A program made the translations under genes and the position numbers. This document shows positions 24,701 to 37,506 of a stretch of DNA of 64,000 bases, piece after piece. This DNA comes from Macrostomum hystrix. Its lineage: Eukaryota > Animalia > Platyhelminthes. A model generated the notes under the pieces. That model was not told where the DNA came from, did no database searches, and saw only the letters and a program-made list of their open reading frames with translations. The stretch covers positions 496,001 to 560,000 of the forward strand of contig CATNEN010000039.1 in assembly GCA_950097015.1 (NCBI GenBank), read 5' to 3'. How positions within the stretch are numbered: the stretch's first letter is position 1; every line of letters begins with the position of its first letter.

Positions 24701-27700
24701 TTGCAATTTCACTTTCCTTTGCAAAAAGAGCATTACTTTCATTAGCTAAAATGGTCCTGAGTTGGTCTAGCTCGTTTATAGCTAAAATGCTAGTATTTGC
24801 TTCGGTAAGGTTTAATAAACTACCGGAGTTTTCATTTGGGATGCCGTCAGTAGCTACACAAACGTCCGTTTTAGTTGGCATAACTTTCAGGGAATCACCC
24901 TTGTCTTGTAGCGTAATGAGTGGTATGGCTGATGTCTCAGACTTGGATGAATCGTTTGTAATAGAGGCCGGATCGCTAGAAAACATAGCTGAGGAAACCT
25001 CTAACGTTTTTTCGCCATTCTCTGATTGCCTGACCGAAATACTCTCGGCCAAATATTTTTGATGATCTGAATTTAATTCAGACAATTCTTGCCTTCTCGA
25101 TGCGATTTCTTTGCTGAGTGAATGCAACTCATTTAGCTTCGCAGTGACACGCAATTGAATGTGTTCAAGTTTTGCTTTCTCTTTTTGAGCCTGAAGTAAA
25201 GCGTTGTTGGTCAAATCGACGTCACTTAAACTAGATAAGTCACAATTCTCAGCTGCTACAATGTTACTAACAGCACTGGTAGCATCAACTCTGCTCTCAG
25301 ACAAGCCAGCACTGACGTCCTTTAGTTGGTACGACGCACTTGTGCTTGCATCGACTTTCGCTTCCGATGAGCCGACGCTAACACTCATCTGGTCAAAACT
25401 AGCAGTCGAGCTCTGATCAACTCTACCCTCAGACAAGCCAGCACTGACGTCCTTTAGTTGGTACGACGCACTTGTGCTGGCATCGACTTTCGCTTCCGAT
25501 GAGCCGACGCAAACACTCATCTGGTCAAAACTAGCAGTCGAGCTCTGATCAACTCTACCCTCAGACAAGCCAGCACTGACGTCCTTTAGTTGGTACGACG
25601 CACTTGTGCTTGCATCGACTTTCGCTTCCGATGAGCCGACGCAAACACTCATCTGGTCAAAACTAGCAGTCGAGCTCTGATCAACTCTACCCTCAGACAA
25701 GCCAGCACTGACGTCCTTTAGTTGGTACGACGCACTTGTGCTTGCATCGACTTTCGCTTCCGATGAGCCGACGCAAACACTCATCTGGTCAAAACTAGCA
25801 GTCGAGCTCTGATCAACTCTACCCTCAGACAAGCCAGCACTGACGTCCTTTAGTAGGTACGACGCACTTGTGCTGGCATCGACAGTCGCTTCCGATGAGC
25901 CGACGCAAACACTCATCTGGTCAAAACTAGCAGTCGAGCTCTGATCAACTCTGCTCTCAGACCTGCAAGCAATGATGTTGTTATGCTCATTTAAGACGAC
26001 TGAGCTTACATTAGCTTCTGAAAAAACCGAGTTTGGATCAGATTCAGTTTGGCTGCTTGCTTCTGTTTTGCTGGATGAAAAGTTGCAGCAACAGACTGCG
26101 ATTTGTGATCCAACACTTCTTTTGAAAGTCTTGCTGTTAAATTCCAAACACTTAAATTGCTCCTGTCCTGAAATTAGTTGCAATGATGATGCGTAGTCAA
26201 TATCTTGTCTTTCAATGTTGTCAAGCTGGAACGGCTCAGTCGAAGAGCACACTGTCCGATTAAATGTAGTAGTTGCCTTATCTTGGAATGTTAAATTCGG
26301 TAAATATTCTTGTCTAGCATGAACTGACACTGCCTGATTTTCAGATTCATGCAAGGAAAACTGAAGATAAGATTTCTCGGCTGTGAGTTTGTCAAGTCGA
26401 ATGCTTTGGCTTTTAACTGTCTGCAGCAGTTCCTTCAATGTGCTCTTATAATAGCAAAGATTCTGAATGTCTTCAACACATTGCAGATAAAGAGCACTAC
26501 TACTTGTGGGCTCCAGAAGCTCTGTCTGTGAAGCTGCTGAAGTAGTAGCTGAAGTTGTAGGATGCTCAAAAGCATATTTTGACGCTTCTTTTTCGCCTTC
26601 AAGCTTCATAGAAAGAGATTCGCGATAAAACGTGACGTCACTCTCCAGTCTGATCACTACGTCTTTTAAATGCTTGATTTCTGACAAAAGATCAAGAAAT
26701 CTGGAGCCAGTGTTTTCGATTTCGGTGTGTTGGGCACAAATTTTAGCCTGTTTTTCTTTCACTTCATCAGTTAATTTGGCAATAAAGGAGTCTTTTGAGT
26801 TTAAAGATTCCTCCTGTAGCAAACACCTTGATCTTAACTCAAGCGACTGTCTTTGAAATTCCTGAAGATCTTGCACAAGAACGTCCCTTTCAGCTACAAG
26901 CTTTAAAATATCGCTTTGCGAAAGTTCAGGTTTTGCATCGCTTTCGTCGTCGAATGGCTTAGACGACAGTGAATCATCAACATCACCGCTTCTTGAAGCT
27001 CTAGAAATTTGGGTTTCAAGTTGTCGCTGCAGTTGGTGTGCATGGCTCTTTGATTTAGCAAGTTCGTCTTCAGTTTCCATCCTATCTGTTTCATCCCTTG
27101 CTTGAATTTCTAAGAGCACTTTTAGATCTGATTCAACAGATTTTAACTTGAATTCTAGTTTGCTTTTTTGATTTTCTATTTTTTGCAGGTCATCTAATAG
27201 GACATCACTTTCAAGCAAACGCTGTTTTAGCTCTTCATTGGCAGCAAGAAGAAGTTTATATTGATGCTCTTTATTTTGCTCCAGAGTTTCAGCGGCAGCC
27301 TTTGATTCTGAGAAAAGTTGCTCGAACGCGGATATTTCTTTATAAGCTGACTCCAGACGCGCGTGAAGTCTATCGTGATCGTTACTTGTATTAGCATATG
27401 AAAGTTTAAGGAATGTGTTTTCATCCTTTAAATTATTAATTAACTGATCATTCGAAAACAGTGCCCCCTTCAATGCTTCATTTTCTGAAACAAGACATGC
27501 GATCTCATCTTTGTACTTTGTTAGTTCAGTCTCAATGAGTTCTTTCTCTTCCAAAACTGAGCTGCTAGCTACGAATAGATTTCTTTCTCGTTCAGCAAGC
27601 AAATCAACAGTGCGCTCAAGTTCAGCCGATTGAGCTGCAAAGATGTCGAGCTTCTTCTTTAGCGAATCATTCTCATAGAGAACGGTTTCATATGCTTCTT

Positions 27701-30700
27701 GCAGCTGGCACTTATTTATATCAGTAATTTCTAGAAAACATAACGAGTCCTCATTGTGTTGTTGAATGTCGGATGCCACAGAAAAATAATCATCTTCCGT
27801 TGAATCCATCTCTGAGTGCAAATGCTGTGCTTCGATGCCACAATTCTCATATTTTGATATTTCATCATAATGAGCTAAGTGATAGTGCTCGGATGATGCT
27901 TCGGTAAAAGACATATTAGGGAAAAGCAAACATTTATCTACCTGACAAGAAGCATCGCGGAAAAGAACTGAGTTTGCAAGAAATAAATCAGACTTTGATA
28001 GATATTTGTAATTGCTTGATTTTTCACTTCTGTCGGAATACGAATTCTGATATTTGAAAGCATGGAAGCCTGGTTGTTGCATTAATGAGACTTGATGTTC
28101 GACTTCTGAGCAAGTTTGGACCGCCTTTTCGACACTATGCCTCTCTGTACCTAAATAGACCATTCTATTATGGTCGAAATTCGCATCTTGCACTGTCCTT
28201 GATATACCTTGACAGATACCAACCATTGGGATATTTAAGGAAGCGCCTACTATAGGAGTATGATCTTCAGAAAGCTCGGCTTTGGCATCAAACCAAAGGC
28301 TACATTCAGACTCTGGCTTGTACAGGGGATTTCGAATTGCAGCCAACCTCATATGTGAGTTCGGATCGTCCAACGGAACTTTTATGTCGCCATCCGGTGC
28401 AGTTGCGCACATATTGAGCAGTGGATTAGGGTTCTTTTTTCTTCTTAAGTTAGAAGCAGCAAACGATAACCCGCCTTCAAAATTTAAATCATCAGAAATA
28501 GCTATTGGTAAATATCCAAATCGATCACTCTCAAAGCTTGAATCAGCGACGGAAAAAAGTATACCTACACGATAAGAAAAAAGACAACTTTTCTGTGGGT
28601 AACAAACAGAAGAGCCTTTCACTTTTAGGGCACATGTTTTAGGACAAAAACATGCGCAATCATTATCAACAGGCACATGGGAGCTACCAGAAGCTCCATG
28701 CAACGAACCGAAGCAGCCATCCATGTGTTGTAGCTGTGCAAATGAAGCTTCATCAGACCTCTTGTTTAATGAAACACAACTCGCATCCACATGCTCTAGC
28801 ACAGTACTAGAGCTGGCATCAGTCTTCTCTACGGACGATCCACAGCTGACATCCACATGCTCTAGCACAGTACTAGAGCTGGCATCAGTCTTCTCTTCGG
28901 ACGAACCACAGATGGCATCCACATGCTCAAGCACTACGCACGAGCTGGCATCAGTCTTCTCTTCGGATGAACCACAGCTGACATTCACATTCTCAAGCAT
29001 TGTACAAGAGCTGGCATCAGTCTTCTCTTCGGATAAACCGCAGCTCACATCCACATGCTCAAGCATTGTGTAAGAGCTGGCATCAGTCTTCTCTACGGAC
29101 GATCCACAGCTGACATCCACATGCTCAAGCATTGTACAAGAGCTGGCATCAGTCTTCTCTTCGGATGATCCACAGCTGGCATCCACATGCTCAAGCACTG
29201 CGCAAGAGCAGGCATCAGTCTTCTCCTTGGATAAACCACAGCTTGCATCCACATGCTCAAGCATTGTAAAAGTGCTGGCATCAGTCTTCTCTTCGGATGA
29301 ACCACTGCTGACATCCACATGCTCAAACATTGCACAAGAGCTGGCATCAGTCTTCTCTTCGGATGAACCACTGCTGACATCCACATGCTCAAGCATTGCA
29401 CAAGAGCTGGCATCAGTCTTCTCTTCGGATGATCCACAGCTGGCATCCACATGCTCAAGCACTGCGCAAGAGCTGGCATCAGTCTTCTCCTCGGATGATC
29501 CACAGATGGCATCCACATGCTCAAGCACTGCGCACGAGCTGGCATCAGTCTTCTCTTCGGATGAACCACAGATGGCATCTACATGCTCAAGCACTGCGCA
29601 AGAGCTGGCATCAGTCTTCTCTTCGGATGATCCACAGCTGGCATCCACATGCTCAAGCACTGCGCAAGAGCTGGCATCAGTCTTCTCTTCGGATGATCCA
29701 CAGATGGCATCCACATGCTCAAGCACTGCGCACGAGCTGGCATCAGTCTTCTCTTCGGATGAACCACAGATGGCATCTACATGCTCAAGCCCTGTATAAG
29801 ATATGGCATCGGTCTTCTCTTTGGATGATCCACAGCTGACATCCACATGCTCAAGCATAGTATAAGATATGGCATCGGTCTTCTCTACGGATGATCCACA
29901 GCTGACATCCACATGCTCAAGCACAGTATAAGATATGGCATCGGTCTTCTCTACGGATGACCTACAGGTGGCATCCACATGCTCAAGCACTGCGCACGAG
30001 CTGGCATCAGTATTCTCTTCGGACGAACCACAGATGGCATCCACATGCTCAAGCACTGCGCACGAGCTGGCATCAGTCTTCTCTTCGGATGAACCACTGC
30101 TGAGATCCACATGCTCAAGCATTGCACAAGAGCTGGCATCAGTCTTCTCGTCGGATGATCCACAGCTGGCATCTACATGCTCAAGCACTGTATAAGATAT
30201 GGCATCGGTCTTCTCTTCGGATGAACCACAGATGGCATCTACATGCTCAAGCACTGTATAAGATATGGCATCGGTCTTCTCTTCGGATGAACCACAGATG
30301 GCATCCATATGCTCAAGCATTGTAAAAGAGCTGGCATCAGTCTTCTCTTCGGATGATCCACAGCTGACATCCACATGCTCAAGCATAGTATAAGATATGG
30401 CATCGGTCTTCTCTACGGATGATCCACAGGTGGCATCTACATGCTCAAGCACTGTATGAGATATGGCATCGGTCTTCTCTTCGGATGAACCACAGATGGC
30501 ATCCACATGCTCAAGCACTGCGCAAGAGCTGGCATCAGTCTTCTCTTCGGATGAACCACTGCTGACATCCACATGCTCAAGCATTGCACAAGAGCTGGCA
30601 TCAGTCTTCTCTTCGGACGAACCACAGATGGCATACACATGCTCAAGCACTACGCACGAGCTGGCATCAGTCTTCTCTTCGGATGAACCACAGCTGACAT

Positions 30701-33700
30701 TCACATGCTCAAGCATTGTACAAGAGCTGGCATCAGTCTTCTCTTCGGATAAACCGCAGCTCACATCCACATGCTCAAGCACTGCGCACGAGCTGGCATC
30801 AGTCTTCTCTTCGGATGAACCACAGGTGGCATCTTTGTATTCTAGTTTAGCATACGAGCTGGCATTAGTCGTTTGGAATAAACCACAACTGTTGTCCTTG
30901 TGCTCAGGCATGGCATACGAACTGGCATCGGACTGTTTTTTCAAATCAAATTTTAACAGCAAAGAGATTTTCGAGCTTTGTAAAGTTTTCGTTGAGGCGT
31001 CATTAGAAACATGCTCAACCGTATCATGCGCTAAGGAGTAAAGTGATTCGCTAGATCCAAGCAAACTAAGCCTTGAGAAACTCCTAAGCACTGATGTCTT
31101 CTTGGAACTGAGTATTTTAACATGATTTCTGCTTCTTTGTAATGAGCTGGGCAGCTCCGACGATTTTAGTATGTTCGGCAAGCTTTGAAACCGCTTTAAC
31201 TTAAAAGAGCTGGGGCCGTACAGAAGTAAGCTCTCCTCGGCCGCTGTTTTAACGAAGTTAGATGTGCGCTCGACTTTTAAATGAGCGCCAAGAGGATAAA
31301 CACTATCGAATTCCTTTCTAACGTCATTTGTAAGACAGCCTTCATCAGATGTGCACATGTACTCTAAATCGTGCGAAAAATCATTGTCTTCAAAAAATTC
31401 ATCGCACTGTGCAAGAGCTGTGAAGCTACTACACCGAGGCAACGAATTGCTGTCCATTAAAAAGCCTTGCAGTTCAAGTTTAAGGCAATCTAAATTTTGC
31501 TCCAAATCGTGGTTTAGCTCTACAAGCTGCACTAACTTGTTGTCTTTGATTCTCAAGAGCTCGACAAGAAACTCATTGTGATGATGAAGTTCAGATTCAG
31601 ATTGCAGTGCTCGATCACAACAACATATCAGGAGATCGAGTTCAAAAAGAACATTAAAGTTATTTTGCGTCTCGTGACTTCTATACATCGCTCTAGATAT
31701 ACTACGACTCTTAAGGCGACGACTGATAGTATCAAGAAGACACTTCTTTTCAGCAACATCAATAGACAATCGATCAAGGCGCGCTACGAGGTCAACGTTA
31801 TCAGTCGTCATTTCTTCGGAAGACAGTAAGCTAAACTCTTTCGATACCTTCTCAGACACTTTTTCGACCTCGAATTGTAAGCTAAACAACTTTTGAACAA
31901 GTTGCCTGATTTCAGTGCTCGCCAAAGAAAGGTTGTTGTCCTTCATTTCTGACTCTGCCAAAAGAGAGTTTTGCTTATCGGACAATCTGCTAACTTCCAA
32001 CTCAAAATCATCGATAAGTGATCGTGTAAAATCAAGAGCTTCTTTAAGGCCCCTGTTTTCTTCTGATAGTGCAATGTTCATTTTTGATAAATTGAATACT
32101 TGCAAGTTTAATTCATGCAAAATAACTTTTGATTCCTCACTGCACAGCTCTCTGTACGTGTCATAACTAAAATTCTCTGATTGTGTTTGCACAGAAACAA
32201 GAGCTCTGACACTTTTGGGAACGACTGATGTTTCGTATTGTGTGGTACTTTCAATACCTTCTGTTGCTCTGTATTGAATACTGCCAATAGAGCCGCAATG
32301 AGCTGATCCTCGGGGCGTACTTGCATTTGAATGGATATTGGCATGAGACTGCTCCACAGTAGGCACACTATACGCCAAAAAAACTGCGGCTGGGGACTCC
32401 AGTATCGACGATATTCCTTCATCCAGTGATGTATTGTGCGGAGGGGCTTTATTTGAACTTACTGAACCTGTCTCACCATAAAAATTGCCCGGGTCAGAGC
32501 ACACATGGCATTTCGAGGTCTCTATTAGTTTAACTAAATCATCTGTTGAGGTTTTTGCATGCACCTTGCCAATCGGCAAGTCACACAGCGCAGGATTTAA
32601 CAATGAAGCAGCACTGACTACAGTATTTAAGCCAGAAACGTTTGCATCAGACGTGACGTTGTAGGTAGCTATGGTCATTTTCTCTCTGGCTTCAATATTT
32701 TCTGCTGCAGTAATGAAGGATTCCTTTATGCTCTCGGTCGTTTTAATCGTACGTGCTGAAGAGCTTAGGAAATTCTCAGGATAATTACTTTCGTCTGCAC
32801 GAGCATCATCCCTGACGCTTTCGAGCTGCTGCTGCTTATAATCATACTGAAACGCAGAAGGACCTTTATGTCGAAGTAATATTTGTGGAATAAAGTCACT
32901 GTTTATCTCAAGGCCGTACTGGGTGCTAGCGTCAGTTGTACACACACTGCTGGCGAAAGACCCTTTTTCTGTATTCCCAGAACCAGTGTATACGCTTGGC
33001 ACTCTATTTGTTGCAGAACTAACGAAGGGCTCTGTCATTGAAGCTGAATTACATGTCTCAACCGCAAAACCGACTTTAGCATCCTGCACTACATATCCTA
33101 TTGATTGCACACCTACGTCTAGCATCTCAACAGTAGTAACCGGGAGAGCTGAGTTGCAACCTGAGCGCATTGTATCGGCAAACACATCACTGCCTGTAAA
33201 GTCTGCATAATTAGTTATACTAGAATCGATTGATACATTTTCAGTTGCTGTATAAGCATCAGAAAATTCTTTTTCCGCAGCAGCATTAACGTCATGGAGT
33301 ACGTTTAGTGGCGACTTAGTCGCTGAACTTTTACAGAACTCTGACATCTCACGTTCGTGACGAACATTTAAATTTGAAGTGTCTAAAAGCATTAGTCCAA
33401 AGTTAGAAACATCAGATTGCTGACTCGTGTGCTGCAAACCACCCGACCTTAATAAAAGCGCATCATCGGACTCCGTCGAGGCATCGAAGACGGAACCTTC
33501 ATCGGTGAATGTACTAACATCCGTTACTTTAACTTTAGCTGAAACACTTGTGTCGCGCATCTTTTGAGAAACCCACGAACTTGCATCGCTAACACTTTGC
33601 AATACATGCGTAATTCTGGAACGGTAGCAATCGGCTCCAGTTGACATTTTGAATTCTGTAGTTGTGTTTGAGTCCAAAGTAGAATATTTGCAAGTGCCTT

Positions 33701-36688
33701 CATCTGAGAGACTCGAGGGGCTAAAGTTGCTTAATGCTGGGTCATCACTCTCAGCGTTAGAGCGTGACATGACTTTAGTCGGTACACTTGACTCGCAAAA
33801 CCTCGAAGGGAAATGTATCATTCCAGCATCGGAATGAGTACAGACATGAGACCCTCTAATGAGCTCTGTACATTGATTTACATTAGAGAAGTCTTTGGTG
33901 CAGTCAACTTCTGCATCACTAACGAGAATATTTTTGCAGCACGTGGCTGTTTCAACCAGCAGAAGTGCTTCAGTACCACAGAGAGCGTCAGCAACTGGAG
34001 AGTGGAAATTAGAATCAAAGTCTGATTTAGACATCATCAGACATTGAGCACTAGTATCGGACACAATGAAGGCGTTAGTCAACGTACTTGCTTCTTTGGT
34101 TATTCTCGCACAATCCACGGCTTTATCACACCAAGAAGTTTCAGTGCTAATTGCACAATCGACAGAGGAGACTAGTGCAGAAACAATATCGCACTCAGTA
34201 GCAGCATCAGCATAAAAGTCGGTCATAGTGTACTGGCTTACGAACTGCATTGAGAACTCTACAGAATCATTGTATGCTGGATTGTTTTCGTATTCCAAAA
34301 CGTCACAGGCAACAGTCATGGCAGGTGCTTCAATGCTCACATCGCGGTTCAAATTTATGTTACATTCAACAGAAATGTCACGAGCCTGCTCTCGTCCTGA
34401 CGCGACGTCACGTGTAAAGAGGCTAGTTTCGTCAGTTGCTGATCCTACTGAAACGCAACTAAGTGGCGTACGGGCATAAAATACATCGAGTGAATCTGGC
34501 GAAACACCAACATCAACTGACTTTAATGACATGCCGATAGCTGCATCGCACAAATCAGAAAATCCTGGCTTAATTTCTGCTTCATAACCACGCTCACAAC
34601 TGACAATCTCGATGCCATTATCCTCGCCAATGTCGCCGCGTGTACCTTGACTAGAAGAAGCGAAGGCTTCCCCCTGAGTATATCGATCAATTTTGCCTTG
34701 AGCATAAGAGCTGCTGACTACTGCTGCTGGTACATTTCTTAGCACTACAGAGTTGACAAAATCGGCGCTTTTGCTTGATAGCAGAGTTTGAACTGAACCA
34801 GTACTGATAGCTGGAAGTCTTCTTTGACCCTCTAGAAATACGTCAAGCGACTTGGATAGCGACCGGGACAGCGTAGCAACTTTCTGTCGGAACTCAGTGA
34901 TTTCCTCAGATGTAGCAGACTTGTGCAGACTAGATTTACTTGAGGCAGCTGAAGCAGAAGCTACTGCAGACTGCTCGATACAGGCGACCGAGATTACACC
35001 TGGAAGCTGGTCAATGATTCCCGGGTAGGACCGGCTTGGGTGTAGCTTCCGGGCTGACTGCATCTGCTGACGATGGCTGCCTCGCAGATATTCGCAAGTC
35101 AGACTGAGAATCTGTGTGTCCAGCTCAATGAGGCGCTTAAAGTTCTCCAGTTGTGAATCGTACGACCCAATAATCCGGAAGTCCGCAGCTAGCGACATGA
35201 CCTTTGTCTCTGTGTCTGACAGCTCGGCAGACAGACTGCAGCATTGGCGCAGACTAGCACAGTAGTCGAGTCGATCAGACTTCGCCATTGCTAGGAAGCT
35301 TGGCACGCTGACGTCTGGGGCGTCTTGCATGCTGCTGATGACATCGCAACTGTTCAGATCGCAGACGACCCGCACTAAACGCTCGATGGTCTCCTGGCCA
35401 AGCAGCATGGCGGCCGTCGCATTCCGGATGCAAGAGTCTTCTTCCAACTCGCTGTGAATCTGAAACAGGAAGCAATTTAAGCATTTAGCACTACTGCTAT
35501 CCATTTTAATCAAAACTATTCTTGCAACTCGGTTTGCTATGATACTAGTTGATGTTGCACTGATGCAGGCACCTCATTTGGGATAGAGCATTATGCCCAA
35601 GTGAGCAGTTTGGATTCGTTCTCGTGTGTTACAGTCAATAGCGTGGCCACACAAACCTTGGCAATCTTTTCGAACAGGCTCTTCATCTCCTCGAATACGA
35701 CAGTCCGCTGCATCTCCAGGTCGATGTTGAGCCGTTCGTTTACAGCCGAAAGCGACTTTACCTGCGCTGTGAGCTTCTGGATTACTAGATCGCGCTGCTC
35801 CAGTTCCGAATTCAGAATCCGCAACTGATGGTACAAAAAAGGACCAGAGTTGTACAAAAATCCACTGGTTTCTATACTAGTGAAACATATAATCCTGAGC
35901 AAACGGAGCTCAGTCCAGCATGACTCACATTGTTGGCATCCGTGGCCAACTCATCTTCGCTGTGGTCGGAGCAGATGGCGGTGTCTGGCGATACCTGATT
36001 GTGTCAAAAAACGTAAGATGTTAAAAGCATTACCAGTAGCAATCAAACCTTAAAGCAAAGCAAGAGGTTTAATACGCCTGCGTTGAAGCAAACCGGCTTC
36101 AGGGCACATAACTGCTCACATACAAACTAAAAAACCGAACAGTCTGCACTCACCACTCGGAACTGGCTCTCCACGGAGTGGGCCGTCTCATAGCGACCGA
36201 ACAGCTCCCGGAGCTTGTGGTACTGGCTGATTACATAGCCGTCAACTTGGTGCGACTGGTGAGTGATGGTTTAGGTGAGAACTATAAAGAAAACTTTTAA
36301 TAATTATAATATAACTAAACTACAATTGTAAATAAAATGATTAGAGCTCGCACATATGGCTACTTTGTAAGAAATAAAATAATTTGGGGAAAGAAGCTTA
36401 TTGCATGGAAAACTTTCTGCTAAAAAGTAATACAGAGCTAAAATGAGATAGATAGTTTTTTCATCAGACATCAAAAAGAAGAAAACTAAAAGTACTTTAA
36501 AAACGACACGTCTAATGGCAACTGTTGGTCTACTTTAGATCCACAAAGCTTAGATGTCAGACTAAATTTCTTTAAAACAATACTGTAATTAGGTAGTGAC
36601 TGAGACTCTGGCAAAAGCTTACCTCAGACAGGAGCTTTGCAAGCTCTGAAATATTCTCCAATAGGACTGATGTGTCAGACTCAGACAT
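21711..36688 (-). CDS. Uncharacterised giant (~4,290 aa) coiled-coil protein with 22-aa and 44-aa tandem repeats
   Basis: Phase-0 exons 36688-36623 (MSESDTSVLLENISELAKLLSE), 36255-36154, 35994-35929, 35824-35657, giant exon 35459-23472 (possible 39-nt in-frame intron at 23573-23535), and 22202-21711. The ORF track shows a 4025-codon open frame with E/K/L/Q-rich heptad segments. The 3' end is uncertain. Confidence 0.8.
25283..25962 (-). repeat. Coding tandem repeat, 132-bp unit (44 aa), ~5 copies
   Basis: tcagacaagcca recurs at 25429, 25561 and 25693 (period 132). Unit SEGRVDQSSTASFDQMSVCVGSSEAKVDASTSASYQLKDVSAGL. Confidence 0.95.
28750..30900 (-). repeat. Coding tandem repeat, 66-bp unit (22 aa, SEEKTDASSCAVLEHVDASCGS), ~31-32 copies
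   Basis: Visible in DNA and translation. Copies differ by substitutions without frame disruption. Confidence 0.95.
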
Positions 36689-37234
36689 CAATCATGATTT
36701 GCTGAAACTGCAACATTATACACTTAATTTTATAGATATGCTTTTACATATTGAATCGTGGAAGATTATAAAGACCCTTGCATATATACATACATATAAT
36801 GGTACAACTATCAAGAATGGGTAACTTGAATGAAATGTGATAGAGCTAATGCTACCCTAGCATGTAGAGAGAAAGAGTACAGCAAATTGAATTAATAACT
36901 TAGCTAATATTTTTGTATAGAAACAGCAATCTAATAGTGCAAATTTATAGAGCCACATATTAGTCAATCAGAAAATTACATACACAAAAAGTTAAATTTA
37001 AATAAAGGTAAGCAGACATAGTCTATTGCAGGAAAACAATTGACACTCCAAAGATGGAATATGGAATTTTTGACTTTTCATTTCTCACTGGAGCCCCTAA
37101 CATAGGCCTAGCCAAACTTAACTTAATAAAGTTGATTAACTTTAAGTAAATTCATGAAACTTAATACATTTCTGTTGTTATTGCTTGAAATATACAGATA
37201 GAAACATACAGATAATACAGGCAGTAGGCCTATA

Positions 37235-37506
37235 CATACATGCTCAACACCTGGCCAACCTGGCCAGGTGAAATGAGGGCCAAGCAAGGTAAGTCGCAAA
37301 AACCAATTGACCAAGCCCAAAAAAATCAAAGGGGGGACCAAGGGACAAAAAAGGAAGGCGTGAAGAAAAGGAAAAAGGGGAGAGAAAAAGAGAGCAAATG
37401 AGAGCAAACTAAGTCGTAAATCGAGCAATGAAACGAACTAAGTCGCAAATGAGAGCAAAAACTAAGTCGCACGGCTGGCTAAGATTTGGGAGGTTGCGCA
37501 TGTATG
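37235..37506. mobile_element. hAT-type MITE (272 bp)
   Basis: TIRs CATACATGCTCAAC / GTTGCGCATGTATG (one mismatch). Exact 8-bp TSD GGCCTATA at 37227-37234 and 37507-37514. No transposase. Confidence 0.85.

Noticed and set aside
23436-35513. Giant ORF as a retroelement polyprotein, viral gene or secreted adhesive protein
   Set aside because: No RT, integrase, protease or capsid motifs, and no signal peptide or extracellular domains were recognised. It splices in phase to ordinary host exons.
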